Below, in pieces: positions 25,484 to 39,314 of a stretch of DNA of 64,000 nt; the stretch's first letter is position 1; each line of letters opens with the position of its first letter. Source of the DNA: Malacoraja senta (Eukaryota). A program made the position numbers and the translations under genes. The notes below the pieces were generated by a model. It was not told the DNA's origin. It was given only the letters and a program-made list of their open reading frames with translations, and made no database searches. The DNA lies in contig CM075987.1 in the NCBI GenBank assembly GCA_038087875.1, positions 20,832,001 through 20,896,000 of the forward strand, written 5' to 3'.

Positions 25484-27439
25484 CCGAAGGCTGAAAGCTG
25501 AAGCCAGATGCAACATTTGGCCTTGTGGTGGATCCAAAACTCGGAGTTGCAACAAAATTAGAGCTATGTCCAAATGAAGGTGCACTTGATTGCCCAAACA
25601 TTGCTCCACTGCTATTAGTCTGCTGTCCAAATGTAAAGGAGTTGGCGTTTGCAGGACTACTGAAGGGACTGCCACTTAACACAGGTTGTGCTGTAGCAGT
25701 GGGCTCACCAAAGCGTGGTTGACTTCCAAATGGTTCACTGCCAAAGCTGAACCCTTCATTAGTGGAACTAGCAGGTTGTTCTGCGTCCATACCACCAGTT
25801 TGGTCAAAGGTTGGCTTTCCAATAATGCTTGTCGAGCTTCCTCTGAAAGGAGTGGAGATGCTATCACTTTTGCTTGGTGAATGCACCACGATAGATAAAG
25901 ATGCTGATGAAGTCAGTTGCCCAAACGTTGCATCCTTATTTTCAACCTGGGACAATGAGGATATGGGTGCGCTGGAGCTGATATGTGGAGATATCAATAG
26001 CGCTGCCAAGCTGCCATGGGAAGGCTCGAACGGTGCTGATGTGGCAACACTGATCCCCGACATAGTGGTAAATTGAGGAGAAACAGTAGAGTCTGCCAGA
26101 GGTAAAAACTGGCTGGATTCTTGTGCAATGCTTCCTTCATCTGGTGCACCTGAAGAGACTATAATTGAAGTGGTAGTGGAAAGAGTTACATGTTCAGGTT
26201 GTATCACAGTACTTGGCGGTGTACTTTCCATTTCTGTGTTAATTGGTGTGCCTGCTGATGTCAATGAACCACTCTTTGTTTCCATTAATGATTTCACAGA
26301 AGTGGTGAGATTACTACTGCTGGTTTCTTTCTTCTCTTCGGGAGTTGGCTGCTTTGAAGTGTCAGCAACAGTTTCAGTGTCGATAGTTAAGGAGCCCAAT
26401 GATCCTATGATGGAACTTTGGGAAGAACCTGCTGGGGTAACAGAAGCGGCACTCTGTCCAGAAGCTGCACTCCGCACCTCACTACCGGGTGTAGAAATGG
26501 ACTTACTAGATGCTAACGGCAAACTGCCATGTAAACTGGACGACTCGGCCCCGATCATAGGAACGGAGGAAATCAATGGATCAGATTGCTTGGAAGCACT
26601 GGCGTCAACTGGCACGGCTGTTGTTACTTCAGTGGAGTCCGATTTTGCCAATGGAAAAGCAGTCCCAAAGGGCACGGTAGCCGGAGTTGTCGCTGCCGTT
26701 TTAGGTGCTTGTGCAAAGGGGTAACTCCCCTGCAGAGGTTTATCCAATTTGGTGGCATCATCGGTCTGATTGACCACTAGACCAGAGAAACTGCCGATGG
26801 TGACCCCACCAGTGCTACCCTGAGAGAACATGCTTTCAGACTTGGGTAGCTCAGGCTTGGGTTGCGGAGCCACCTCGGGCTTGGATGGCGGCTGATGAGG
26901 CAGGGCTACCTCTGGTTTGGCGGGCGGCTGCTGCAGTGGTGCCGGCTCGGGCTTGGACGGCATTTGCTGCTGCACAACCTCGGGCTTGTACGGCTGAGGT
27001 TGCTGGAGCTGTACCTCTGGCTTGGGTGGCGGCTGCTGCTGCAGTGGTGGTTCAGGCTTAGGTGGTAGCTGCTGCTCCGCTTCAGGCTTGGATGGTGGCA
27101 TCTCAGACTTGGGGGCCGGCTGCTGAACTTTAGGTGCCTGAAACTCTAAGATGGATGATCGAGACCCAGATTTGGAAGGCTGGAGCTCAGTTTTTGGCTG
27201 CTGCACCTCAGTTTGGTCTGCTAACCCAGAAGCAGCAGGCTCCAGGGGTGTTCCAGTTAAACACAGGTCGTCTATTACCCGATCTGAACCCATACAGACA
27301 CTACTGCTAGATGTAGAGGACCCAGATGCAATTGTTGAGCTAAGGGTGGATTTTGTGCTCCCAAAGGAAAAGGGAACGTCAGCATCCAATGCAAAAGCAG
27401 GTTTGGTTCCACCAAAGTCTTTTGTGCTTCCGGTTGTTC
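25484..27439 (-). CDS. NUP214: NUP214 exon ~29 (1956 nt), large disordered S/T/P-rich exon with start of the FG repeats
   Basis: Lies within the 685-aa ORF 25473..27530; TTGSTKDFGG...SGFSFQPS; TAG acceptor at 27440-27442, GTAAGA donor. Confidence 0.94.
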
Positions 27440-27633
27440 CTACAGAACAGAAAGAAAAGTTAGAGACATTGGACTGATAGAATCTTGGAACATTTAAATT
27501 AATAAAACACTCAAGAAAATCTATAGACATTCTTGAGCTTCCAATTCTGAATACAAAACTATGTTTTCAGGAAAATAAGCCTCCTTTAAACGTTGAGGAA
27601 TACTTAAAATGACAACGATAGGCCAGGACTTAC

Positions 27634-27695
27634 CCAGTGTGACGTCAGTTAAAGCATTTAATGAGGAGGTGCTAGGAGCTGTAAAATGAAACCCA
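27634..27695 (-). CDS. NUP214: NUP214 exon ~28 (62 nt)
   Basis: GFHFTAPSTSSLNALTDVTL; CAG/GTAAGT. Confidence 0.88.
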
Positions 27696-28087
27696 CTGTA
27701 AGAAAAAAAAAAACATTAGAGAATGATTCCCAAATGGGAATGTATCTAACACTCATTTCAAAATGAGATCTGCAGCACCATATCCTCTGCTAAAGTGGGA
27801 GATTGGGATCGCCGTCAATGGGAGTGGGAATCACTAATAATGCCTTATGACAAAGATGAGTTTTTAATAGAATGGTCATATTTTTAGAGGAGAAATCACC
27901 ATAGCTGCCATGCGCGCACACACAAATCAATCACCACTGGTCACTCAACACAAGGATGAATTATCTTAGCCCTTTGGCCAGAGTCCGTGCCGATCAACTC
28001 CGTTCCAATTTCCCCAAGTTTCACCAAACATTCCATGTATATCACCGATATAAAGCATATACGCTCCAAATTTAAAAAAATACTTAC

Positions 28088-28181
28088 GAAGAAGCTCCTG
28101 GGAACGAGGAGATTTTATGAACCTGGTGACCAGGGGCTGCAGCAATAATATTTTCAGATTTCAAACTTTGTGCTTGACCCC
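28088..28181 (-). CDS. NUP214: NUP214 exon ~27 (94 nt)
   Basis: GQAQSLKSENIIAAAPGHQVHKISSFPGAS; CAG/GTAAGT. Confidence 0.86.
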
Positions 28182-29644
28182 CTGTAAAAAGGACAAATTC
28201 ATTCTGAGTGGCTGACAGTTTTTCTGACAAAGTTGTTCACTATATCTCAGTACACGTGACAATAATAACCAACGTCAATAAATCAATACCAATACTAATA
28301 ACAGCATGAAGTCCACAAAATAAAGCTCAGTGTACAATGAGGGTTGATGTGAATTGTGATTTCCGAGTACATTTGATTGTGAAGAGGCATCTGTAATCCC
28401 GATATCTCGGTTTTTTTCAGAAATAGAACTGAATGGTACAGAAGATCATTCAGCACTTTGGATTCATGCCAGCGGAGATTCACGCCAGCTGAGAGAATGC
28501 AATTGAGACAAATTCTGTTTTCTATCTTTAAGTCTCAATCTTCTAGGCCAAGGTACACCCAGATACTCTTTTGAATGCAATTAGGGCGAGCCGAGTCCAC
28601 CACTCTCTCTGCACAAAATAAAGAATCAATAGACTTTAAATTATTAATTACAGGAATCCAAAAAACTTGGGATACGAGTGAAGCGCATTTTGGGGTGGGA
28701 CAGGCATAGTATTTAGTAAATAAATGAGATAAATAAATAAATAACTAATCCATATGGTGAATGTCTCAGATGATCAAGAACCAACAGATCAAGTACTTCC
28801 ATGTATTTCCACATACCATAGAAGCTTGTCGGTAAATTAGGAATTTAAATTGCCCCAGATTAGGTGGATTGTAGGCAAATGGCATGGGGTGGTGGTTAAT
28901 GGAGAAGCAAGAGGAAAAATTGGCAGTGTAGATGAATACTTGTGGACATGGTGGAAGCAGGGCATGATGCTTTGTTACAAGACCGACTTTTCAAGCACAT
29001 TAAGGGAGAATATCTTTAAATGCCGTTTAGTATTGTTTACATACATACAAACAAACAATTAAACAAGCAAGAGGAACCCCCTCTCTTTTAAAAAAAGATC
29101 GCATCTCCCGAAGGCAATTCAGAATTGTGGCATTCTACTTTTATTCAGACAACTCCAGTCACCAAATGACAAAATACAAGTGAATTTCAATATCAATTTG
29201 AGAGAGAGCAGAAGAAACACCAAGCTAATACTTTAAACTTAAATAGTGGCAATTATAAGGGTATGAAACCAAAAGGGAATCTGTAATTTAGGTCAAGGGA
29301 TCAGTCAACTGAGATGCAGTTTCAGATACTTAAGAGCATTTTTCAGAATACAGGTTGATCAATTTTCTGGCACCCTCGGTTCCTAGAGCCTTTCTGGACT
29401 AACGGAGGTCACGTAATAATGAAATACACCCCTGGCTGGCTAATGACACCCCTCCCGTGTCTATAAAGCACCACTGAGTGCCAGGAACTTAAATAAAATG
29501 AATATAAAATGTAAACTGAGTGTGAATGGAATGACCTGCTGACCCATCCCTGGCTCACACCATCTCCACGGCTGTTTAGAGCTCCGGCTTCAGACGCCAC
29601 TCACGACTCGCAAGGTGCACCAGCAAGCCCTTCTTCACCCACCA

Positions 29645-30100
29645 AAAGGACACAAAGTGATGGAGTAATTCAACGGGTCAGGATCTGTGGAGAACACAGA
29701 TAGGTGACATCAGGACCCTTCCTTAGACCAATTCATTCACCTGAGTTACTCAAGCACTTTGTGTTTCAGTGTGCATTGGTCAAACATTGGTCAGCTCTCA
29801 GCTGGAGTACTGCGTGCAGTTCTGGTCACGTGGGTGTAAGTAGGTTGTGGTAGCACTGGAGAGGGTGGAGAAGAGATTCACCAGGACTTTACCTGGAAAG
29901 GGGCAGTTCATTTTTCAGCTGATCTGCTCTCCGAGCAGGAGAGGAGGTAAAGTGGGGACATGATTGGGGTATATTGGAGGATGGCAGGGTAGATTGCAAG
30001 AAACATTTCCCCATATCAGAAGTAGATAAAACTAGAAGACATAGGTCTGGGGTAAGAGGAAGAGATTTAGAGGGAGAATGAAGGGGTCTCGACATAAGCA
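29645..30100. mobile_element. Degraded pLTR repeat (minus, 29645-29730) plus a CR1 fragment (plus, 29770-30100)
   Basis: LEYCVQFWS...ALERVEKRFTR remnant. Confidence 0.65.
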
Positions 30101-30681
30101 AGTTGGGGAGAGTGGCCTATTTCTATGCTGCACAATTCTGTTTCGAAAATAAAGCTAGCTGTAGGAATTCCTATTTAAAAACAACTCTTATTGAAAGCAA
30201 GTCCAGGAAACTGTTAGTGAAAACAAAGTTAATAGATGAGTGGAGCAGGTATTATGCATCAGGTGTTATAGAGTCATGGAACTATATAGCACAGAAACGG
30301 GCCCTTCAGCCCATCTTGTTGACCAAGTTGGCATACCAGGCTTGTCCCATTTGACTGCATTTGGCCCGCAGCACTCCAAATTCTTTGAGTCCCAACACTA
30401 ATTTTCTGCTGCATTCACACATTGACCTCCATATGTCCCACTTCATACATTGTTCCAATGCCTCCCAACATAAGCTAAAAGAAGAACCCCTCATCTTTTA
30501 TATATGCAGCTCTCAAAACCTAAGATCTCATCTCACAAAACTTTTTTTACCCAATCTCGAGCTCCTATTTTGTTCACCAGATAGCATAAGACTTGACTAC
30601 CCACCCAACCCTCTTTACTACAAGTCATTTTCCCCTAGAAGTGCGTGAAAGCAGACCCTCACCAAGCCTCAATCTCCTTAC

Positions 30682-30799
30682 CTGGGGGAGCAGTGAAGGT
30701 AAAACCTTTTATGGATGTTGAGGATAAGGAGGATTCTGTTGAAGTTTGTCCAGTTTCAGCAAATGGCACTGTAAATTCTTTCACACTTGTCTGAGAACC
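30682..30799 (-). CDS. NUP214: NUP214 exon ~26 (118 nt)
   Basis: GSQTSVKEFTVPFAETGQTSTESSLSSTSIKGFTFTAPP; CAG/GTAAGG. Confidence 0.87.
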
Positions 30800-31357
30800 C
30801 TGCAATTTTAAGTAGAAATGCCAACTTAGAAATGACGACCTACTGCAAAGTGCCAGTCTGATTCTCAGCGGTGCACTCCTTGTTTCTTGTACTAATAAAT
30901 GGCGTCAAAATCAGAAAGTGGTGGACATTGCCTTTGACCTTCCCATCATTGAAGGCATCTAGAGGTAGCGCCGAGATTGAAGTGGCCTATGTGCAGATAT
31001 GTAATCTGACCAATTGGTTCCGAGATTGCTTAGCTGCGTCTACAGCCTGCAGCTTTCACCATTTAGTACATATGCAGCTCTGTGCTGCAACCATAACTTT
31101 AGGTTAGGTTGGTGTTGCTACCTGCATACCTTTCTACATTCTCATTGACAATCAGGTCAATCCAATCATCCTACTGAAAGGCAAGGAGATTCAATGAACA
31201 TATACTCAGCTTGCAGCTTGTAGATTGCAAGTGACCACGCATGAATGCCATATGCACTTCCCACCCCCCGAACCAGCACTGTACAGACAGACAGTTGCCA
31301 GCCATCATAAAACGCAAAAGATAGGTTTTTAAATCAGTAAATAAATGGTAGCTTTAC

Positions 31358-31433
31358 CTGTTTGAGCTGGTCTGAGGGCACTTTTGTTAATTCCTGCTGA
31401 ATAATCTCTGCATTTGAGGCTGGCATAGAAGGG
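31358..31433 (-). CDS. NUP214: NUP214 exon ~25 (76 nt)
   Basis: PSMPASNAEIIQQELTKVPSDQLKQ; CAG/GTAAAG. Confidence 0.88.
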
Positions 31434-31525
31434 CTGAGGAAAGAACAAACAGCATGAATTAACAAAACACCATACCTAAAATACCCATCAATAAAAAAAT
31501 GCAATCCTCATATCATTGCTATTTC

Positions 31526-31760
31526 ATCTATACATAACTCTGATCTTGTGCTTTTCCGGTTTGCGCGGTCTCTCTATTTGCGCAAAAATGGTACGCTATA
31601 GCGTTACGGTTTTTCACCAGCTCACTCACCATTCTCCTGTGCTGCGAGTGCACCAGGTTTCGCTCCGATCGGTAGTCTATTGTAAAAGTTAGCGAGGTTT
31701 AAATATCTTAAAAACCGCGAGTGCGCAGTTGAGTGCAGACATAGCGGCAGCCAACAGGAA
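31526..31760 (+). mobile_element. Probable non-autonomous Helitron 5' fragment
   Basis: Starts A|TCTATACATAACTCTGATCTTG and is CpG-rich; resembles skate Helitron-like repeats from memory; no 3' CTAG terminus identified. Confidence 0.4.
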
Positions 31761-32708
31761 CAAGCAGCAGCTGGTGAGAGGGGAGGGAGTCCCACAGTAA
31801 CCGAGCACATTTTGTCGGTGGTGCAGGCCTGAAGGAAGCGTTGTTCCCAGGGGCGACAACACGAGCCAAAACAACAGCCGCAGTAGGTGAAGTGCTCGTT
31901 GGTGTGCTTGGGAGCTTGGGTGGGCGTCGGAAACCACAGCTGTATGCGGCCGGGGAGGTGGTGCGAGCCGGTGTGACGTTGGCAGGTACATCCACTATAA
32001 CGAAAATTCATTATAAAGTGGTCTATTAAAACAAGGGTTTATTGTACTGTGGTCAAGAAGAGATTGCACAAATTACAAACAGATAGCACTCAAAGTCAGG
32101 ATCAAACAAAAGTTATTGGGAATTGGGAGAAAGCAGTACTACCTGGTATTATGTCCCCATGCCATCACAAGTTGTGGTAGCAACACTTCAATGCATTTGC
32201 CATCATGGCATGTCTCTATCTACTCATGAGTTTATGCCTTTAATTATATAGCTATCAACCGTAATGAACGTGTCAGATTATAAAGAACCAATGTTACGAG
32301 TAGTCTCATAAACAACAAAAGGGTATAAGATTAACAGCCATAACTTCCGCTTGTACTATGGTTGCTTGGGCTATGGTTGCTTGGGAACATGGAAGACTAC
32401 ATATAATTTTAGACAATACCAGTGAAGGAAGTAGAATATGAGGAACAGTAAAGCTGAAAAGGGAGAGCTGTCACCAAACACAGCATTACAGTGTTGAGCA
32501 TAATGCAAGTTAATGAATCCAAGCTACAAGAATTAAAAACTGGCCAATGTAATGGCAATGTCCAGGTTAAAACATCACTGTGAATATTTATGTGAAACAA
32601 AGCTACTAAAGATAAAATTTGTAAATCGTGAAAGACAAATTTCAGCTGAGCATTGACATTAGCTTGTACTTCCTTCCATTTCTCCCAACCAATAAGTATG
32701 CAACTCAC

Positions 32709-32817
32709 GTGATAATAGTTGACAGAATTGGAGGCTGATTTGTTTCTTTCTGCACTTGCGCACTGATTCCGTGAGGCACATTCTTCAGTGCAGCATCTGC
32801 CAGGGTACCACTTTGAA
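32709..32817 (-). CDS. NUP214: NUP214 exon ~24 (109 nt)
   Basis: QSGTLADAALKNVPHGISAQVQKETNQPPILSTII; TAG/GTGAGT. Confidence 0.88.
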
Positions 32818-33913
32818 CTACATTTATAAAGAGAACAAATCAAAGTAAAAAAACATTTTAAAAAGTTTTCCAGTTGCTCATATTGCATATCAAAAATTAT
32901 AATTATGAAAAATGTGATCATACATACTTAAATAACAACGACTTACTTTAAGTTCACCCAATTTTAATTGCACAGTAATGAAGTTTAATATACAACAAAT
33001 ATGCAAGATCTGTTCTGCATCCTATGCTGTGATCCTGAACTATATACTGTTTCCTATGGGCTTCTGGTCTGGCAAGATCTTTATTTTTTTTTAAAGATTT
33101 CCCCAAATCCTCACCTACTACTCATTCTTTGAACCTTCCCCACTTAAACAGCCTAGAATTTCTCATTTGCCGATCTCGTAACGGAGTCAATTATCATCAC
33201 TCCTTCACAAGTGAGTATTCATCCAGCTGGCGGGTTCATGAGCTTCCTTAACTCTCTTCTTTAGGATGGTCCTTAAAACTCCCTAAATCACAAGGCAATA
33301 TATTCTTTAGAGCATCAAGTTTTGTCAAAATGCCTTGGGTTTTAAATGAAATCATTATTGAAATGTACTTTTAAGACTCAAATTATTAAACAATTCACAA
33401 AGCCAACGGAGTGTAATTAGGGGCCCAATGCTGGAGATGTTGGGCTGTGAAGAACAGTGTCATTAATTCACTTATCTTTCCTGTGAATTTGGAAGACGCA
33501 GTTACAGCACAATGGTTCTTTTTCCAGTGGCTTGAAATCCCTGATGCCAAATTGAGGGTCCAGAAGCATCTAGTAAGGCAGATTTCACTGATGCCTGGTG
33601 AACACAGAGCTGTGCTCTGGTCTTGGGGTCATGATCTTCAAACTCAGTGATCCAGTTTCTTTTGATTTGCTTGTTCATCCCATGAAGTGCGAGCTTGGGG
33701 GTCATTGATGTCTACCTGAAGGACAGGCTGTCTCTGATTTAACAATTCAACAAAAAGATACCACCATATGATAGTGCAGATGAGGTCCAGAGTACCATAC
33801 CTATGCAATACCCAAATAGCATCAAATTTTATCAGTGCAAAACACAACCATGTCGTACGACCCAAACTCCCTCCCCAATCATGTGACGTCAGTGATAGTC
33901 TGCAGTTTTCTAC

Positions 33914-34042
33914 CTGGTGTCAGATTAGTCAATTGTCTCCGAACAGCTGCTTGGCCTGCTGCCTGGGCAGCGGGAACACTGCTGATGGGCTTCTCAGGAA
34001 CTATCATTCCTTGCTTCACCGTCTTGCCTGCTGGCCATGGAA
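33914..34042 (-). CDS. NUP214: NUP214 exon ~23 (129 nt)
   Basis: PWPAGKTVKQGMIVPEKPISSVPAAQAAGQAAVRRQLTNLTP (compare human KTVKHG...AAAALRRQM); acceptor position less certain. Confidence 0.85.
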
Positions 34043-34498
34043 CTGATGTAATGGGCGTCATTGGTCAAATTAATAAGACATGTAAAATGATCCAATTCAT
34101 CAATATATCAACATCTTAAATTTGAATAAAAGATTAATAATTTAATTTTATTTATTTTTTAATAAATTAGTTTTAATAATCACCTTAATGTTTTCAAAAC
34201 TTCTAATGACACTTCACATTGCATCGTTTGAAAGATTAGGAGGTCTCTCTCTGAGCAGTACTATATATCAATCAATGTTATGTCATGTCATGATAAACTA
34301 GAAACAATGATCTGATTATTTATTGCACGGCTTTTGTAAGATCTCGTGCTTAAGTTGTCCGCCACATTTTCATGTGCCAATAACAACCTCATATCAAAAA
34401 CTATTTTATTACCTATAAAATAATTTGGACTTTGAAATGGTGGAAAGTGCAATGAAAAATCTTGATGTTCCTTCATGCACCTGTACTCTGCCACATAC

Positions 34499-34714
34499 CT
34501 GATGTGATAGGGGGCTGCACTTTGCCAAAGGGTGTTGACTGTGCGGTGATTAGTGCTGCTGTAAATGATTGTCGCCTTGCAATAGGGGAATGCTTGAATG
34601 GAAGCTCCTCTGGTTCCTCAGTCTCAATAATTGCCTTTTCTGTACCTGGCAAGGCAGAGATGGTCTCATCCTCATAACATTTGGGGGATAGAAATGCTGA
34701 CCTGGACAAATTCG
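34499..34714 (-). CDS. NUP214: NUP214 exon ~22 (216 nt)
   Basis: NLSRSAFLSPKCYEDETIS...QSTPFGKVQPPITS; CAG/GTATGT. Confidence 0.92.
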
Positions 34715-35477
34715 CTGTCGAGGAGAATAATTTACATTTTCACAGATCATTCTCCTTGAAATAAAAAGCAGCAAATATATTTTAGTACCAAACAGCATAG
34801 ATTCATTTTATTTATATTAACTCCACTGTTTGTTGCATTGTGCATAACTGTGAACTTGATTTTCCAGCAAAACACAGTAATTGCTATTTATAATCATTTT
34901 AAGAAATGTCCATCTACCTAATGACCTTCTGTTGGATTTCCAAATGCACAATTGCATAACTGCAGTAAATGCTGAACACAAACTGTAACCCACAAAGGGG
35001 ATCAGGAGGGTTTATGTGCACAAATTGATTCATCTACATTAATTAAGTGCTTATGGCGATTTCATCTACATTAATTAAATATCCTAGAAGTACAAATCAT
35101 CTACATGCTAATTGATAATTGTCTACAGATCACTGCAGATCAGTGGCATGGTTTACAAGCACTCAGGTACAAGTTCACATTAGATGCACTACACCATATT
35201 GGTCACAACCGTATCATAAAGTGAAATTTCACAAACAGTCATTTCCACCAGAATGAGACAGAGCTTTTAAGTTGTGGAAACGAACACATTTGAAGATGGT
35301 TATAACTCGGTGGCTGATCTCAATGAGTTTTAAATGGTGACATTATTAAGAGTTACCCACAAGCTACAATGGCCTGTCAAGTTGAAAGGAGCATCGTTCC
35401 ATTCTAATACAATTAAAATTTGTATCACAAGTCTCTTTTCAACCTCACTTATGATTTTTCCAGAGTATGTGCGTTAC

Positions 35478-35561
35478 CTGGTGCAGTGGATCGTACGGGT
35501 GGTGTCTGTCTTTTTGAAAGGAAGTTCCGTAGTTGAGATTGCTTCATTGGTGATAGTTTGC
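35478..35561 (-). CDS. NUP214: NUP214 exon ~21 (84 nt)
   Basis: [27 protein letters not shown]; CAG/GTAACG. Confidence 0.96.
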
Positions 35562-36337
35562 CTGAAAATAAATTTTAAAAATGTCTATGAAAGTCAAAAC
35601 TCAAGGCCTGAAAGTCAATCCAAGTGTATTTACAATCACATATTCTTCAGTTCACAGAAGCATACAAGCTAGCTACTGAGTCCAAGTTGACATTGACAAA
35701 GCTTCTTCCCATCCTGTATTGAGATCCAAAATGTTTTAAAGGTTACAATAATATAAATTTCCACTCTCAAGTAGCACATTTCAGATAGTAATCAGTTTAA
35801 AAAACCTAATCGCTTGCTTTATTTTGCGCATCATCTCAAACCTGGATCGCACAGCTAATGGAAAGGTATGTTTTCTCACCAACTATTATTTTGAACATCT
35901 CCCCATTTCTACTTCCCCACAAAAGAAAATAATTTCTAGCACCTGGAATTGGTCATCCATCATTCCATTGTCATAAATCTCTTCAGCAGCTACACCAAAG
36001 TTCAGGCATTTTTACCCCCAAATGTCATGTTTGTAATTAGGCAGCATAATCTAACTTAGATCCAACCAGGTCCATGTGGTTTTTATACTCTGATGCCTCT
36101 GTTGTTAAGATAAAGGAGAATCCACATGCCTTTCCGTAGATTAATGAAAGGTTTAATGACCTGCCAATATCTTTAAATTCCAGGAAAAGGCAGCACCTGA
36201 TCTAATGATGCTTATGATCCGAACTCAATACTTAAAGAGCAAATAATTCTATTGGTAATATCAACTGTCCATTTCCCTCTATAAATACTCAACTGTAAAA
36301 TTTGTGGTAGTGGGGGACTGTGATCAATTTTTTTACT

Positions 36338-36600
36338 GCAGCACAGCTGTTGCCTTACAGCGGGTACGATCCTGACTACGGGTGCTGTCTATACGGTGTT
36401 TGTACGTTCTCCCCGCTATCTTCGTGGGCTTTCCCCCGGATCTCCAGTTTCCTCCCACACTCCAAAAACGTATGCGTTTGTAAGTTATTTGGCTTGGTAA
36501 AATTGTCCCTAGTGTGTATAGTGTTAATGTGCGGGGATCGCTGGTCGGCGCAGACTCGGTGGGCTGAAGGACTTGTTTCCGCGCTGTTCATCTAAACTAA
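36338..36600 (+). mobile_element. HE1/V-SINE
   Basis: tRNA-like head, V-domain TTTGTACGTTCTCCCC..GTGGGCTTTCCCCCGG..CCAGTTTCCTCCCAC, CR1-derived tail. Confidence 0.85.
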
Positions 36601-36844
36601 ACGGTGCCTGACATTCCATTCCTACAGCAGTTCGTTTTTGCTCCAGATTCCAGCACCTGCAGCCTATTGTATTTCCAGTTCTCTTGATAAACCATGTGGG
36701 GGGCAGATCTTTAAATATCTTGTCCATGGTGAAAGCAGGTACAGCATTTGTGATATTGTATGGATACAAATTTTATTCATACAATATCCTCAAACATATA
36801 ATCACTGCCTCTAAGAATATGTCATAAAAGCTCAGATGATTTAC

Positions 36845-36930
36845 CTGGGCTGCTTGAAGACAGCTTTGGTACTGTATCCAGAGTAGTTTTCACCAAAACG
36901 TTGCGAAGCATCTCCAGCTCTGTGTTCCAG
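36845..36930 (-). CDS. NUP214: NUP214 exon ~20 (86 nt)
   Basis: WNTELEMLRNVLVKTTLDTVPKLSSSSP; CAG/GTAAAT. Confidence 0.93.
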
Positions 36931-38237
36931 CTGAAAGAAAAGTAACATGTGTATGAAATGGGACACATTAAATATATACTGTATGATTCATATTTGGATT
37001 GGGATGACGTTAGTAAAGGTTCTGGACCGTCAGAGCCAATGGCCACAGAGGTCTCAACTGGATATAACCACCCCTCTGCCCGTCTCAAGATTGCCAAACA
37101 GCATTTAAAACATTCTTCAAGACCTGTTTATTCAGTAATCTTCGATGCCCAAAATTTTATATTAACAACATTAAGGGGAAAAAAATAAGCTTCATCCAGA
37201 AATCAAAACATATCTAATGCTATACCTGCAAGAATTGGGTCTGTGCTAAGATAAAAATACTTTCCCCGAGTAAGCAACCAACCTACAAAAAATGACCTGA
37301 AGTCCTCTTCCTCACTCTGATCACATTAGTTTTACTCTACATGGACACAGATATAGTATATCTTGACAACTTCTGTCATAGATAATAAATTCTGCACTTT
37401 CAAACACACAGCAATGCTGATATTGAAAAAGATCAAGAGGTTGATGGTCAACTAAAACTGCAGAGCAAAGAAAAATATCTTCCATCCATCAATCAGCTCA
37501 AGGTTAAGAGTTTCTCCATGCTCAATTTATCAATGTATAAGCAAATTTCAGAATTCAAAATACTGATGGTAATTCAAAAACATTCAGAAGCAAGAAAATC
37601 TCCATAGCAAACCCTCATGTGGGACATCCTCCACTCTCACCAGCTGCCACTTCTTCCTGTTGGCCTGTCACTTTGTCCGCTCATTGCCCCTCTACTGCCT
37701 ACGCGGTTGCAGCAGACAATCAGCAATAACGGACACCATTCTCTCTCCCCCCCCCCCCCCCATAGTCCATTGTAACAGGGGTTTACTGTGTCTTTCTTGA
37801 TCTAAATGATTTACAGCTCGAGATCTTTCAAACAATAGTCAAGTGTTATGATAGAGTGAAATTTAGAACTCTATCTGTGCATAACAAGGTCAGTGGATCC
37901 ATTTGACCAAGTCTGAAGATAAATGTGGTGCTGGACATTGGGAAGAGCTATACTTCCCTTCTTCTAAGTACAATTGTAGGATCCTGTGTGCTATCCTGAA
38001 GAGGAAGTCAACATTCCTAACATTGCATCTAAAAGGAAGCCTCACTGATGGTGTAACATATCCCCAGGTTTCTGTTGAAACTGCCAGAGTATCCTCCATG
38101 TCTCTCGAGTAGGATTGAGACCATCAACACTCAAAATTAGAGATGGTTGCATCACAGTACAAGTCACAGGTGATAAATTAATGTAGCACCGAGAATCTAA
38201 TACTTTGAATATTTTTAACAAAAAATGGAAAACATAC

Positions 38238-38414
38238 CACTGATCACTGAGACATTTGTCATTAAGAATGCACCACTTGGAGGTCTGATTATATATGCGG
38301 AGATTCTGCAGGCTGCTGATCAGCTCATTAATCTTCTTATCCTGCTGGTTAATAATCTCATGATGACTGGCCAGTGCATTAAACAGTACTTCTCGCTCCG
38401 GTAAAAGCAAGTGC
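38238..38414 (-). CDS. NUP214: NUP214 exon ~19 (177 nt)
   Basis: [47 protein letters not shown]...; CAG/GTATGT. Confidence 0.95.
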
Positions 38415-39314
38415 CTGGGAGGAAACAATCGAAGTTTAGACAACAGTGAAGGTGAACCACATTATTGCTCCTCAATAATGATAGACAAAGATGCAAATCC
38501 CCAGCAAATTTTGTATGGAACGTCGATGAGACCACAGAGTAATGCGCATGATTCCGACTACATATCCTCAAAAGGACAGTGAGGCACTGAGAAGATTCAA
38601 CACAGGCCGTCATTCTCGAACCCAAGAACTCAGGCCAAATATACATCTTGAGTCAACAGGTTACACTATTTAATAACCAAACTAAATGAGGAAATGTTTC
38701 CTCCAAGGACAGCAGTAACTTATTTTTGGTCAGCTGACTTGTTCCTAGAATTGGAAAACAAAATCACTGACAGTGTTATAATTTGGATGGGGATATGAAC
38801 TGTAGCCTACAAACATGTCAGTAACTGCCTTTATGCCAAGATGTCAACGTGATGTAAATAGACATAAACGAGAAATAGTCACCAATGTGCACAAAAAAGA
38901 TGAAGATCCACAAAACTGGATATTGCTGATAGTGTCTGCATCTTCCCTGACTCAAGGATAATTGCATTCATATAACTATTTACTTTAGTACAACATGCAT
39001 TCACCAGGTAAAAACAGGAAATGTAGTTGTCAATTTGTGTTCAAATGTCAAGGGATGATTGAACAATCAGTTTATTTTCCCCTGTATCCCAAGAAAAATA
39101 AGTTCTCTCATCAAATCAGCATCACTTCATTTTTACTTTCACCAGGATGCACAGGTAGCCCCCTAATTTAAAAACATTGCCCACATCATCATCATCATCA
39201 AAAAGCAGTCGTGTCTCCAATAGAGCAGATTTGAAAATTTCCTGACCCAGCATCACTGCTGACAATGATTGTAAAGCTCAGGCAGATTTCAAAATCCACA
39301 TTCAACCCTCTTAC

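Noticed and set aside
25525-27477. Long + strand ORFs (up to 198 aa) over exon 29, and the similar ORF at 3596-4003
   Set aside because: Antisense shadows of low-complexity NUP214 coding sequence.
33485-33715. Exon-like segment after a CTTCAG acceptor (VDINDPQARTSW...) in intron 23
   Set aside because: In the required phase 1 it hits TGA after three codons, there is no good donor, and exons 23 and 24 already join in frame.
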